This document shows positions 48,353 to 58,296 of a stretch of 64,000 bases of DNA, piece by piece. The translations under genes and the position numbers were made by a program. The notes under the pieces were generated by a model. It searched no databases. It saw nothing but the letters and a program-made list of their open reading frames with translations, and had not been told where the DNA came from. This DNA comes from Clostridia bacterium. GTDB lineage: Bacteria; Bacillota; Clostridia; CAKSNL01; HGM11501. Within the stretch, counting starts at the first letter, position 1. Each line of letters starts with the position of its first letter. The stretch lies in assembly GCA_045545475.1 (NCBI GenBank), contig JAZQAZ010000030.1, forward strand, positions 1 to 64,000, in the 5' to 3' direction.

Positions 48353-48695
48353 CTCTTATCTTAAGTATCGCATCCTCCACATTCTGATAAATGGGAATTA
48401 TTCTGTCAACCGACGCCATGCGAAGAATTTTCTCCACGCAGGATTTTGCCCCTGCCACCGATGCCGTACCGCCCAGAGCCGTAACATTTTTATATCGTCC
48501 GATAATTATTCCTATACCGGAGCTGTCCATAAAATCCAGCCTTGACAAATCGAAGATAAGATTGTTTGCCCCGTCCATTATCTTTTTGTCAAGATTAATC
48601 CTTAAATTTACCGCACTGTGCTGATCCAATTCTCCAGCCAGATGAACTATCAGTGCACCCTTGGTTTCCGTATAAGTGTCTTTCAAAAAAATCAT
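48336..48695 (-). CDS. spoIIAA: anti-anti-sigma F factor
   Basis: GELDQH, FMDSSGIG STAS motif. Confidence 0.93.
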   Translation of the reverse strand: MIFLKDTYTETKGALIVHLAGELDQHSAVNLRINLDKKIMDGANNLIFDLSRLDFMDSSGIGIIIGRYKNVTALGGTASVAGAKSCVEKILRMASVDRIIPIYQNVEDAILKIRGEEIG

Positions 48696-48757
48696 CCTTT
48701 CTTTTGTATTGCACCTACCAAATTCTTCCTTATCTTTCTATTCCCTTTGACATGCTT

Positions 48758-48764
48758 TGTCGAA
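48758..48764 (+). promoter_or_regulatory. putative Spo0A box upstream of spoIIA
   Basis: TGTCGAA, with an adjacent inverted near-match (TTTGACA). Confidence 0.45.
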
Positions 48765-48834
48765 AAATCAGAACCGTTTTACATAAAAACAAAAAAGACG
48801 GAAAGCTTTACGCTTTCCGCCTTTTTTCACCAAT

Positions 48835-51800
48835 TTATCTCTTTATTTTCAATGTGACGATTTCAAAGTTTGAAACGGGAACTTTAACGCTTCTTCCGGA
48901 TATTTCAAGCTTTGTTTCTTCATTTTCCATAAGGTCTGTTATATATACTTCCTTTACGTCAAAACCGAAGGTAATATTAGCCTTTGTTTCCATGTTGTAA
49001 GCATCATAAAGTCTTACGATTAAATCGTCCGAGTCTTCTGCCTTCTTTACGGTTTCAATAATTACATTCTTTTTATCAGAGGAAACGAGGGAATATTCAT
49101 CTCCCATTTCGCCCGCATGAGCTTTCGTTTCAACAAAGAGAAGAGGATTATTAAGCTTATATGCCTCCTCGATTGTTCCGCCCTCACGGAATGAACCTTC
49201 GTGAGGATAGATTGAATAGGTAAACTTATGCTCGCCGATGTCTGCCTTGGGATCAGGGAAAGTCGGAGCTTTAAGAAGCGTAAGACCGATATCGCTTCCC
49301 TCTGCGTAGTATCCGTACTTACAGTCGTTAAGTAAGCTTACTCCATAGCCTGCATCGGAAACATCCACCCACTTATGACCCATAACCTCGAATTTTGAAT
49401 AATCCCAGGATGTATTAGAGTGAGTCGCTCTTTCCACGTGACCGAACTGAATTTCATAGGTTGCCTTGTCTGCCTTTACGTTCATGGGGAAGTAAACTCT
49501 TAAGAGATTGTGGTCCTCATTCCAGGAAACTTCGGTTTCAAAATCAACCCTTGCAACATCATCGTAAAGAACGATTTTCTGTCTGATTTCACTCTTTTCA
49601 AGGGTACGCTTTACGATAAAGCCTGCACTCACTTCGTCACAGAAGGGTTCAATTTCTGCAGGAACGGTGATTTCATACTTCTTGTAAAGAGATTGCTTGT
49701 CAATATTCCACGCATCGTGAATGGGAGATCTGTCCTCATGATAGCAGAACACATTGCCCTTTTCACCGGAACGGAAAATTTCCTTATCCGCTCTCTTATC
49801 ATAAAGACTTTCAATGTTACCGCAATCATCCAGCTTAAGAACGAAGTAGCGGTTTTCCGCAGTTTTGCCGGATACCATAACTTCCGTCTTCTTAGCTTCG
49901 GGAACTAATGCCTTAAATCCGAATGCGGGAATATTTTTAACGTGGCATTTTTCGCCGTTGTATGTAACAAAGCCGTCCGATTCAAATCCGTTGGGGTTGT
50001 ATACAACAAGTCCGTCCTTTGTTTCCATTTTATCAGCTATAGCGGAAAGCTTTGCCTTTTCGATTTCGCTTCCGCAGGATAAAATCTCTTCGTACATCTT
50101 ATCCGTATCGTCGTAAACCTCTCTTATGGAGCTTCCGGGAATTACATCGTGGAACTGATTTAAGAGCACTCCCTCCCAGAATTCGTCAATTTTCTCCTTA
50201 GGATAGCTTCCGCCCATAATCATATCAAGAGAAGACAACGCTTCAAGTCTCTGAAGCAGAAATTCGCTTCTTCTGTTGTAGAGCTTGTTCTTCGCCTGAG
50301 TTGTATATGTACCTCTGTGGTTTTCAAGATAAAGCTCACCCACCCACCTGGGAACTTCGGGAAGAGCTTTGGTGCTTTCGATAAAGTTTTTCTTTACTGT
50401 TTCTATAAACTCCGTAGGATTTTGCATTTCGGTCTTGGGAATTCCGGGGATTCCCTTTTCAATTCTTCTGCTCTGCTCCAGCATTTCACGGGTGGGGCCG
50501 CCACCGCCGTCACCGTAACCGAAGGTAATCATAACGGTATCGTTCAAGTCCTTCTGCTGATAACGCTCCCAGGTGCCTAAAACCATGGAAGGAGTCACTC
50601 TTCCCACATAGGTGGTGTAAAACTGAGAGGAGCCGTGATCCTGTGCGGTTATGAAATAGGTGAACATTTCGCTGCCGTCAATACCCTTCCACCAGAAGGT
50701 ATCAAAGGGCATTTTATTGTCCTCGTTCCAGCTTATTTTCGAGGTTACAAAGCTTGTAACACCGGCCTTTTTAAGAATCTGAGGCATCGCTGCGCTGTAG
50801 CCGAATACGTCGGGAAGCCAGAGGATTTTATGGTCAACGCCGAATTCATCCTTAAAGAATTTCTTGCCCGTTGTAACCTGGCGTATCATACTTTCGCCGC
50901 CTATTAAGTTACAGTCAGCTTCAACCCACATTGCACCTTCGCTTTCCCAGCGACCTTCTTTAATTGCCTGTTTAACACGCTCGTAGGTATGAGGGTCTTC
51001 TTCCTTAAGATATTTATAAAGCTGAGCCTGGCTTGACATAAACTTGAATTCGGGATACTGATTCATCAGCGAAAGAACGTTTGCAAAGCTTCGCTGTGTT
51101 TTTTCTCTGGTCTGTGCATAGGTCCACTGCCACGCAACGTCGATATGGGTGTGACCGATTAACGCAACCTTTTCACAAAGCGTGTTGTCATCACCGCAAG
51201 CCTTTCCGTAAAACTCTGTCTCCAAAAATTCGTCTGCTTTTCTTATGCTGTCGTAAAACTCTTCGCTTCCGATATTACGCATATCGATCATGAGACACGC
51301 CTCTTCAAGATATTTCATGATGAGCATACTTCTGTCGCTGTCTTCTAAAAAACACTCTGACGCATCATAAGGCACGCTTAAGTCATAATAAAGCTTTTCA
51401 ATTAAAGTATCAAGATACTGAACTCCCGCATTGAAATCATAAGCCGGGCAGTCATTCATTCCTGTGTAGAAATAAATGTAAGCATCGTATTCCTTGGAAA
51501 ATTCCAGAGGATATTCGGTGTGGTTAATATCAAGGCCGGACACAAGATGTCCGTCAAGGTATAACATACCCTGGGGATTTAACGCATCCCAGGTGCCGAT
51601 ATTTGATGTTCTTACTCTTAAATAAGGCTTGTGATGAGGATATTTCTCCGCATCTTCCGTCTTAAATTTAAAGTGTACCCATGAATGGTTGTCCTTCCCT
51701 CCGGGAATTTTTCCCGAAAGCGGAACAAAGCGTTCATCTCCGTAAGGAATGTCCGAATTCTTTTTATATTCGCAAGGGAAATATTCAATATCACTGACAT

Positions 51801-51879
51801 AATTAACAATTCCCTGCATCCATGTTTTTACAAGCTTTATGGTTTGATAAACATTAATTTTATACTTGTTAAACAACAT
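48835..51879 (-). CDS. GH38 alpha-mannosidase
   Basis: GHTHIDVAW, WLPDVFG, GDGGGG, HRGTYT, QFHDVIPG. Confidence 0.93.
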   Translation of the reverse strand: MLFNKYKINVYQTIKLVKTWMQGIVNYVSDIEYFPCEYKKNSDIPYGDERFVPLSGKIPGGKDNHSWVHFKFKTEDAEKYPHHKPYLRVRTSNIGTWDALNPQGMLYLDGHLVSGLDINHTEYPLEFSKEYDAYIYFYTGMNDCPAYDFNAGVQYLDTLIEKLYYDLSVPYDASECFLEDSDRSMLIMKYLEEACLMIDMRNIGSEEFYDSIRKADEFLETEFYGKACGDDNTLCEKVALIGHTHIDVAWQWTYAQTREKTQRSFANVLSLMNQYPEFKFMSSQAQLYKYLKEEDPHTYERVKQAIKEGRWESEGAMWVEADCNLIGGESMIRQVTTGKKFFKDEFGVDHKILWLPDVFGYSAAMPQILKKAGVTSFVTSKISWNEDNKMPFDTFWWKGIDGSEMFTYFITAQDHGSSQFYTTYVGRVTPSMVLGTWERYQQKDLNDTVMITFGYGDGGGGPTREMLEQSRRIEKGIPGIPKTEMQNPTEFIETVKKNFIESTKALPEVPRWVGELYLENHRGTYTTQAKNKLYNRRSEFLLQRLEALSSLDMIMGGSYPKEKIDEFWEGVLLNQFHDVIPGSSIREVYDDTDKMYEEILSCGSEIEKAKLSAIADKMETKDGLVVYNPNGFESDGFVTYNGEKCHVKNIPAFGFKALVPEAKKTEVMVSGKTAENRYFVLKLDDCGNIESLYDKRADKEIFRSGEKGNVFCYHEDRSPIHDAWNIDKQSLYKKYEITVPAEIEPFCDEVSAGFIVKRTLEKSEIRQKIVLYDDVARVDFETEVSWNEDHNLLRVYFPMNVKADKATYEIQFGHVERATHSNTSWDYSKFEVMGHKWVDVSDAGYGVSLLNDCKYGYYAEGSDIGLTLLKAPTFPDPKADIGEHKFTYSIYPHEGSFREGGTIEEAYKLNNPLLFVETKAHAGEMGDEYSLVSSDKKNVIIETVKKAEDSDDLIVRLYDAYNMETKANITFGFDVKEVYITDLMENEETKLEISGRSVKVPVSNFEIVTLKIKR

Positions 51880-51896
51880 ATAATCACCTCTTTTTT

Positions 51897-51958
51897 AGTA
51901 TACTAAAAAAAAATATATAAGTCAATATATTGACTTATATATTTATGTGTGATATTAT
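51897..51958. promoter_or_regulatory. back-to-back sigma-A promoters built on a perfect 34-bp palindrome
   Basis: Minus TTGACT-17-TATACT; plus TTGACT-17-TATTAT; palindrome at 51911-51944. Confidence 0.65.
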
Positions 51959-52014
51959 AATAATAAAGATTAGTTAACATGTTAATTAATTTATATCGAT
52001 AAGGAGGTCTTTTT

Positions 52015-52287
52015 ATGTGGAAATGCCCTAATTGCGGTCAGAAAAACAGAATTGATACCTGCACAAAATGCGGTACGGAAAAAGCAGCAGAGTCGAAAGG
52101 CTCAATTTCTTCATTAAATTTCATTCTTATGGCAATTTTATCCCTTGCCATCATCATCGGCATTTTCTTTGCCGCAGACAGCCTGATAGATTTCAAGAAA
52201 AGACAGCAGTCTTATAACGCTCAGCAGGAAGAAGAAGAATATACCGAGCCTGATGTAGCTCCCATAATTGAACAGACAGCAGAATAA
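52015..52287 (+). CDS. small zinc-ribbon membrane protein
   Basis: WKCPNCG...CTKCG, one TM, AGGAGG SD. Confidence 0.7.
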   Translation: MWKCPNCGQKNRIDTCTKCGTEKAAESKGSISSLNFILMAILSLAIIIGIFFAADSLIDFKKRQQSYNAQQEEEEYTEPDVAPIIEQTAE

Positions 52288-52373
52288 AAGCAGAAAAGTT
52301 TTAAAAGAGACACATGTATGTCCTCCTTGCAATGTATAATGGCCTTAAACCAATACATTGAAGGAGGATTTTT

Positions 52374-52955
52374 ATGATTTATGACTGGAAAACAAACAAA
52401 GAGGAAGCCATTGAAAACGGTATTTGTGAAAAGGAATTTTTCGGAATAACCTGCGTAATACCGGATCCCGATACAGGAGTAGTAAACGGCCACACTTTCA
52501 AGAATTTTCCAAAGCTGGAATTTGCACCCGGCACACTTGTAACCGATTGTACGTTTGAATCCTGCCAAGACCTCACTTTTGATGAGTGCAGAATAAACAA
52601 CTGTATATTTAATAATACAGAATTCCTTTTTTGCAGAGACAGCAACTTCACCAACTGCCGTTTCAGCGATTCTTCCTGTGCAGACGATGTACTTATAAGC
52701 ATCGAAGACTGTAAAATAAGCCATTGCGGTTTCTCCGACATCCGTCTTGAGAATGACGTTTATATGATTGACGGCGTCGGTGACTGCCACATATCGCACT
52801 GCGACTTCTCCAACATCTTAACAACTCGTGAAGACAGAGAAATTATTATCTCGGAAGAAACCAAAGGTACAATTTTCAAAAGAAAGGTCAGATACTTTAT
52901 AACAGACGAAGACACTTGCAAGGGGCTTGACGAAGTTAAATTAATTCATCCCTGA
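52374..52955 (+). CDS. hypothetical Cys-rich pentapeptide/beta-helix-like protein
   Basis: Periodic xxCxF repeats (DCTF, NCIF, NCRF, HCGF, HCDF); GGAGG SD. Confidence 0.6.
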   Translation: MIYDWKTNKEEAIENGICEKEFFGITCVIPDPDTGVVNGHTFKNFPKLEFAPGTLVTDCTFESCQDLTFDECRINNCIFNNTEFLFCRDSNFTNCRFSDSSCADDVLISIEDCKISHCGFSDIRLENDVYMIDGVGDCHISHCDFSNILTTREDREIIISEETKGTIFKRKVRYFITDEDTCKGLDEVKLIHP

Positions 52956-53032
52956 GTCTCCTGACATTTCTCTTTTATCCCTTTAGTGCTGTAAGCACAA
53001 AAAAATGCTGTGCGGCATTGCGGCACAGCATT

Positions 53033-53572
53033 TTATTTTTCATACAACTCAATCGAGTCCTTACCGTCTTTTTCCGATAAAAGCACCTTTATTAGTTCCG
53101 ATTTTGATGTAGGAATGTTTTTCCCCACAAAATCAGGACGGATAGGAAGCTCCCTGTGTCCACGGTCGACAATCGCTGCAAGCTTTATCTTTTCCGCCCT
53201 TCCCATTTTGAGAAGTGCAGAAAGTGCCGCCCGCACCGTTCTTCCCGTACATATAACATCATCCGTTAAGATAATTTCTTTTCCTTCAGTATCAAGGCCA
53301 ATGTCAGTTGCGGAAATTTCAGGCTCCGTCAATGCGTTTTCTTTTAAATCGTCACGGTATAAGGTAATATCAAGAATTCCCACAGGAACCTTTATTCCTT
53401 CAATTTTTTCAATGCACTCACTTAATCTTTGTGCAAAAGGCACTCCTCTTGTTTTTATTCCCACAAGACAAAGCTTTTCGGGATCATCTGTATTTTCCAG
53501 AATTTCGTGAGCGATTCTTTTTATACTGCGGTTTAACGTATCCGCATCATAGAGTACAGACTTGAATTTCAT
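53033..53572 (-). CDS. pyrR: pyrimidine attenuation regulator / UPRTase
   Basis: RIAHEI, DITLYRDD, TGRTVRAA, DRGHRELPIRPDFVGKN. Confidence 0.96.
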   Translation of the reverse strand: MKFKSVLYDADTLNRSIKRIAHEILENTDDPEKLCLVGIKTRGVPFAQRLSECIEKIEGIKVPVGILDITLYRDDLKENALTEPEISATDIGLDTEGKEIILTDDVICTGRTVRAALSALLKMGRAEKIKLAAIVDRGHRELPIRPDFVGKNIPTSKSELIKVLLSEKDGKDSIELYEK

Positions 53573-53622
53573 ATCCTTAAATTTATAAAAGGGACTCCCG
53601 AAGGAGTCCCTTTATTCACTCC

Positions 53623-54996
53623 TTATTCCTGCTCTTTTGCTTTTGATAAGATAATATTTGTAATTATACCAAGGATAAGAGCACAAGCAATACCGGTGAT
53701 TGTAACCTTGCCAATCTGCATAGCTACTCCGCCGATACCTGCGATTAAGATTACGCTTACTACGAAGAGGTTCTTGTTCTGCTCAAGGTCAACCTTCTGT
53801 ATCATCTTAAGACCGGATACTGCAATGAATCCGTAGAGAGTTATGCATACGCCACCCATTACGCAACCGGGGATAGAATCAAGGAAAGCAACGAAGGGTG
53901 AGATAAATGCAACAAACAGTGCCATGATGGCAGTAGTTATTATTGTATATACGGAAGCGTTCTTTGTGATAGCTACGCATCCAACGGATTCACCGTAAGT
54001 AGTATTGGGACATCCTCCAAAGAATGCACCAACCATGGAGCCGACACCGTCACCAAGAAGTGTTCTGTGAAGACCGGGTTCTTCCAAAAGGTCATGCTCA
54101 ATGATTGAGCTTAAGTTCTTATGGTCAGCAATATGCTCAGCAAATACAACGAAGGCAACGGGTGCATAAGCAACAGCGATTGTTGCAACGTATGTCCAGT
54201 TAAATTCTCCTATGCCCTTGAATGCTTCAATGAAAGTATATTTAGGAACAGCAAGAAATGTTTTAAGTGTAACGCCTTCTGCAACCAGAGCCTTGAAAGG
54301 TGCAAAATCAATAATTATAAGAGCTTCATTTCCTGTGCTTATACCTATCACAGTGAATATTAAGGCAACAGCATAGCCGGCAAGAATACCGATGATAAAG
54401 GGAATAAGCTTTGCCATTCTCTTACCGTATGTTGCACAAAGGATAACCACTGCCAAAGTAACCATTGCACAGATGAAGGATACCCATGCAGAAGTTGACA
54501 TAATGAACGCAGAGCCATCTGCATTCTTGGGACCGTATGAAAATACATCGTTTATTGCCGCACCTGCAAGTGAAAGACCAATAAGTGCAACTGTCGGTCC
54601 GATTACAACCGGGGGCATAAGTTTATTAATCCAGTTAACTCCTGCCACCTTAACAACAAGGGCTATAATTACATATACAAAACCTGCTATTAATGCTCCG
54701 ATGATAAGACCGAGATAACCGAGAGACATTGATACTCCCCCTGCAAAAGCTGCAAGCATCGAGGGAATAAATGCGAAAGAAGAACCCAAAAATACCGGGC
54801 TTCTTCCCTTTGTGAAGAGAACATAAACCAAGGTTCCGATACCGGCTCCGAAAAGAGCCGCAGAAGCTGACATTCCATTTCCTACGATTGCAGGAACAGC
54901 AATTGTTGCCGCCATAATTGCCAGAAGCTGCTGAATAGCAAAAACAATCAACTGACCGAAAGCGGGCTTGTCTTTTACGCCATAAATCATTTTCAT
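53623..54996 (-). CDS. pyrP: uracil permease (NCS2 family)
   Basis: LGSSFAF, EHIAD, NTTYGE; upstream of pyrR. Confidence 0.85.
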   Translation of the reverse strand: MKMIYGVKDKPAFGQLIVFAIQQLLAIMAATIAVPAIVGNGMSASAALFGAGIGTLVYVLFTKGRSPVFLGSSFAFIPSMLAAFAGGVSMSLGYLGLIIGALIAGFVYVIIALVVKVAGVNWINKLMPPVVIGPTVALIGLSLAGAAINDVFSYGPKNADGSAFIMSTSAWVSFICAMVTLAVVILCATYGKRMAKLIPFIIGILAGYAVALIFTVIGISTGNEALIIIDFAPFKALVAEGVTLKTFLAVPKYTFIEAFKGIGEFNWTYVATIAVAYAPVAFVVFAEHIADHKNLSSIIEHDLLEEPGLHRTLLGDGVGSMVGAFFGGCPNTTYGESVGCVAITKNASVYTIITTAIMALFVAFISPFVAFLDSIPGCVMGGVCITLYGFIAVSGLKMIQKVDLEQNKNLFVVSVILIAGIGGVAMQIGKVTITGIACALILGIITNIILSKAKEQE

Positions 54997-55023
54997 TTTT
55001 ACCGACCTCCATAAATTTTTTAC

Positions 55024-55115
55024 AAAAAAACACCTTGTCCGCAGCAAAAACAGACAAGGTGTTATAATGCTTAATCAAAAGTCTCTTGCCGATGTCTCTG
55101 CATCGAATTAAAGAT
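55024..55115 (-). promoter_or_regulatory. PyrR-type attenuator leader
   Basis: CTTTAA...GATGCAGAGACATC...AAGAG binding-loop-like stem (55082-55115) followed by terminator AACACCTTGTC...GACAAGGTGTTTTTTT (55024-55063). Confidence 0.65.
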
Positions 55116-55182
55116 ATCTTTTCCAAAAAACAGTATATCATTAATTCCTTTTTTTGTAAAGACCTTTTTCGGCAAAATCCGA

Positions 55183-58100
55183 TTATTTTTTAACTCTGTC
55201 AACCAAACCTGCAAGTCTCGCAAGAATAGTCGCCGCTTCAGCTCTTATGATGTTGCTTTCAGGACGGAAGGTTCCTTCCGCATCGTTACCGGCAAGAATA
55301 CCTGCATTGTAAAGAGCATAAATCTCAGCACCGTATTTTCCTGTAGCAGAAACATCGGGAATACTCCATGAATTTATGGCACTAAGCTTGTCGGGCGTAA
55401 CACTGTGACAGAAGATATAAGCCATTTCCGCTCTGGTTACATAGCGGTTATAATCTGCAAAGTCGCTTTCCTTTATAATTCCGTTGGCAACGGCATAGTT
55501 TACATATACCGTATACCACATATCTCCTGTGGGAACAAAATCGGAATCAGCACCACCCTTTGCCTGGTTGTGGATTCTGCACGCCATTGTAATAGCCTCT
55601 GCAACCGTCATATATCCTTCGGGATTAAAGGTGGTATCTCCCGTACCTTTCATAAGCCCTGCTCCACATACCTTATATACAATATCCTTGTACCAGCTTG
55701 TTTCCGCAACGTCGGCAAATACCTTCTGGGGTGCGGCAGGCTGTGCTTTTTCCACCACTTCAATTTTAACATAGCCTGTAAAATTATCCCCTTCGTTGCT
55801 CTGTCCGAAATATGATATTGATGCTGTTCCCTTAAAGCCTTCTGCAGGAACGAATGTTACATCGGAAATATTGGGATTTCTGTCCGCATAAAACGTAGAG
55901 CCTGCAGAAATCATTGACTGATTTTCCTTACCGTAGTAAAGGTATAATGCACCGGCTCCGCCTGCAACAGCTCCGAAACGTACGCTTGCACAAGGTGATG
56001 CCGAAGTTCTGATACTTGCATTATTAAATTCGGTTATATCAAATTTCTTTCCTTCAACAGTTACTCCGTTGTAGTAAACATTGGTATCAACAGCAGGTGC
56101 ACTCTCTCCGCTGTATGTTATTTTTATGCTTCCGGGATATCCTGTACTGCTTGCATAAGCCGTGTAATTGATAGTAACCTTTCCGGTATATCCCTTCTTG
56201 GGAACGAAGCTTACATTTTTAAGGGCATTGGTTGTTCCGGAATAATAATACTTATCTGAAGCTGTTACCTTTTCCTCATCATCGCCGTCATAATCATAAT
56301 AAAGTACACCATAACTTGATGAAGGAAGTGTAAACTTTATATAGCTTAAAGTTTTTCCGGACGCTTTCTTAAATGCGGAATTAAGGCTTGATGCATTCAT
56401 GATCACTTCCTGGTCAACAGATGCTTTTACATTGATGGTATCAATATCTTCATCGTCGTCATCGTCGTCATCACCGTCTGCATCCTTCACCTTAATGGTT
56501 ATCTTTCCCTCAATATATTTACTTGAGGTATAGTAGCCCTTATAGGTAATGGTTACTGTTCCCGAATAACTCTTTTTAGGAACAAAGGTAATATCCGAAA
56601 TATCGGGGTCGTCGTCATAGAGAAACTCGTCGCCTTTTGCGATTTTCTCTTCATCCGAACCATCATAGTCATAATAAAGCACGCCCGCTGTTGTGGAAGG
56701 TACGGTTTTGAATTCTATGCCCAGAAGGTCTTCGCCCGCATCGTCGAATACATCGTAAAAATCGTCGCCGTCAAAGGTTAGCTCATCGTCGTTGTATACG
56801 CTGTAGGTTACTGTATCAACGTCATAATCGTCCTCATCTTCGTCATCGTCGCCGTCTGCGTCCTTTATCCTGATGGATATCTTTCCCTCAATATACTTAC
56901 TTGAGGTATAATACCCCTTATAAGTGATACTTACTGTACCTGTCTTTCCGGACTTGGGAATAAAAGCGATATCGGAAATGTCGGGGTCGTCGTCATAGAG
57001 AAACTCGTCGCCCTTTGCGATTTTTTCTTCATCAGAGCCTTCATAGTCATAGTAAAGAGTTCCGTAAGTAGTTGAGGGAATGGTTTTAAATTCAAGACTG
57101 ATAAAATCTTCTCCCGCATCGTCGAATACATCGTAAAAATCGTCGCCTTCAAACCAAAGCTCATCGTCGTTGTATACGGTGTAGGTTACTGTATCAACGT
57201 CGTAATCGTCATCATCGTCTGAATCATCGTCTGAATCAGAAACCTTAATTTTCACAGTACCGGAAAACTCCTTACCGCTTATGTTTTCACCGGTATACTT
57301 AATTGTAACCGTTCCCGAATAACTGGCCTTCGGAACAAAAGAAACATCAGAAATATCGGGGTCATCGTTATAATAAAATTCGTCACTCTTAGAAACCTTT
57401 TCTTCATCGGAGCCGTCATAATCATAATAAAGCACTCCATAGCTTGTTGAAGGAAGCGTAAAGGTCACATAATCTAAATTCTTTCCGGTAGCAGACTTAC
57501 ATACACTGTTGAACTTGGAGCCGGAAAATTCTATTGCATCTCCGCCGTTATCTCCGCTTAAGTTTATGACGCTTGCAGTCTTGCTTTCTTCTTCAACAAT
57601 AATTTTAATTTCCCCTTCGATTTCAGGGTCAGATGTGTTTGTACCGTAAAGAATAATTGCTATTGTAATTTCACATTCCTTTTTGGGGACAAAGGAAATA
57701 TCATCAATCCAGGTTTTTTTGATCTTTTCACCTTTTAATATTTTTTCTTGTTCTTTTCCGTCGTAATCATAATAGAGCACGCCGTAGGTGTTTGAGGGAA
57801 GCTTGGGAATCTCAAAGGATTTGAAAGTTTTTCCTGTAGCATCGTTATATGCCTTTGAAAAATCGTCTGCTTCGAACTCTATCGGATCTTCTGTGTCGCC
57901 CTCATAGGTAATGGTGGCAGCATCTTCCGGAGTATCGTTGCCGGCGGTATCATCACCTGTGGTGTCATCGCCCGTGGTATCGTCACCCGTGGTGCCGTCA
58001 CCCGTGGTATCGTCGCCCGTAGTACCGTCGCCCGTGGTGCCGTCACCCGTGGTATCGTCGCCCGCGGTATCGTCACCCGTGGTATCATCACCGGTAGTAT

Positions 58101-58281
58101 CGTCGCCCGTGGTATCGTCGCCCGGAGTATCGTTGCCGGCGGTATCATCACCTGTGGTATCGTCGCCTGTGTCTTCCGCTGCAGGTGTTGTATCCGCTTC
58201 TTCCGCAAACACGCTGACTGCGGAGCAAATCATGGTGAATACCAGTAAAAACGCCAGAATCTTCATTGCAATGTTTTTCAT
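55183..58281 (-). CDS. large acidic SLH-anchored surface protein with ~120-aa beta-sandwich-like repeats
   Basis: Signal peptide, GDDTT tract, about six repeats with YGVLYYDYDG/FVPK, three C-terminal SLH motifs. Confidence 0.85.
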   Translation of the reverse strand: MKNIAMKILAFLLVFTMICSAVSVFAEEADTTPAAEDTGDDTTGDDTAGNDTPGDDTTGDDTTGDDTTGDDTAGDDTTGDGTTGDGTTGDDTTGDGTTGDDTTGDDTTGDDTAGNDTPEDAATITYEGDTEDPIEFEADDFSKAYNDATGKTFKSFEIPKLPSNTYGVLYYDYDGKEQEKILKGEKIKKTWIDDISFVPKKECEITIAIILYGTNTSDPEIEGEIKIIVEEESKTASVINLSGDNGGDAIEFSGSKFNSVCKSATGKNLDYVTFTLPSTSYGVLYYDYDGSDEEKVSKSDEFYYNDDPDISDVSFVPKASYSGTVTIKYTGENISGKEFSGTVKIKVSDSDDDSDDDDDYDVDTVTYTVYNDDELWFEGDDFYDVFDDAGEDFISLEFKTIPSTTYGTLYYDYEGSDEEKIAKGDEFLYDDDPDISDIAFIPKSGKTGTVSITYKGYYTSSKYIEGKISIRIKDADGDDDEDEDDYDVDTVTYSVYNDDELTFDGDDFYDVFDDAGEDLLGIEFKTVPSTTAGVLYYDYDGSDEEKIAKGDEFLYDDDPDISDITFVPKKSYSGTVTITYKGYYTSSKYIEGKITIKVKDADGDDDDDDDEDIDTINVKASVDQEVIMNASSLNSAFKKASGKTLSYIKFTLPSSSYGVLYYDYDGDDEEKVTASDKYYYSGTTNALKNVSFVPKKGYTGKVTINYTAYASSTGYPGSIKITYSGESAPAVDTNVYYNGVTVEGKKFDITEFNNASIRTSASPCASVRFGAVAGGAGALYLYYGKENQSMISAGSTFYADRNPNISDVTFVPAEGFKGTASISYFGQSNEGDNFTGYVKIEVVEKAQPAAPQKVFADVAETSWYKDIVYKVCGAGLMKGTGDTTFNPEGYMTVAEAITMACRIHNQAKGGADSDFVPTGDMWYTVYVNYAVANGIIKESDFADYNRYVTRAEMAYIFCHSVTPDKLSAINSWSIPDVSATGKYGAEIYALYNAGILAGNDAEGTFRPESNIIRAEAATILARLAGLVDRVKK
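57928..58167 (-). repeat. 16 x 15-bp coding tandem repeat (GDDTT-type pentapeptide)
   Basis: Repeated GGTATCGTCGCCCGT-like units on the plus strand. Confidence 0.9.
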
Positions 58282-58296
58282 TTAAGTCATCCTTTC

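Noticed and set aside
52221-52799. 192-aa minus-strand ORF
   Set aside because: Antisense shadow of 52374..52955, which has a clear GGAGG SD and a coherent repeat pattern
57879-58285. Alternative-frame ORFs over the GDDTT tract (VSSPV and RATIP repeats)
   Set aside because: Stop-free by-products of the 15-bp tandem repeat
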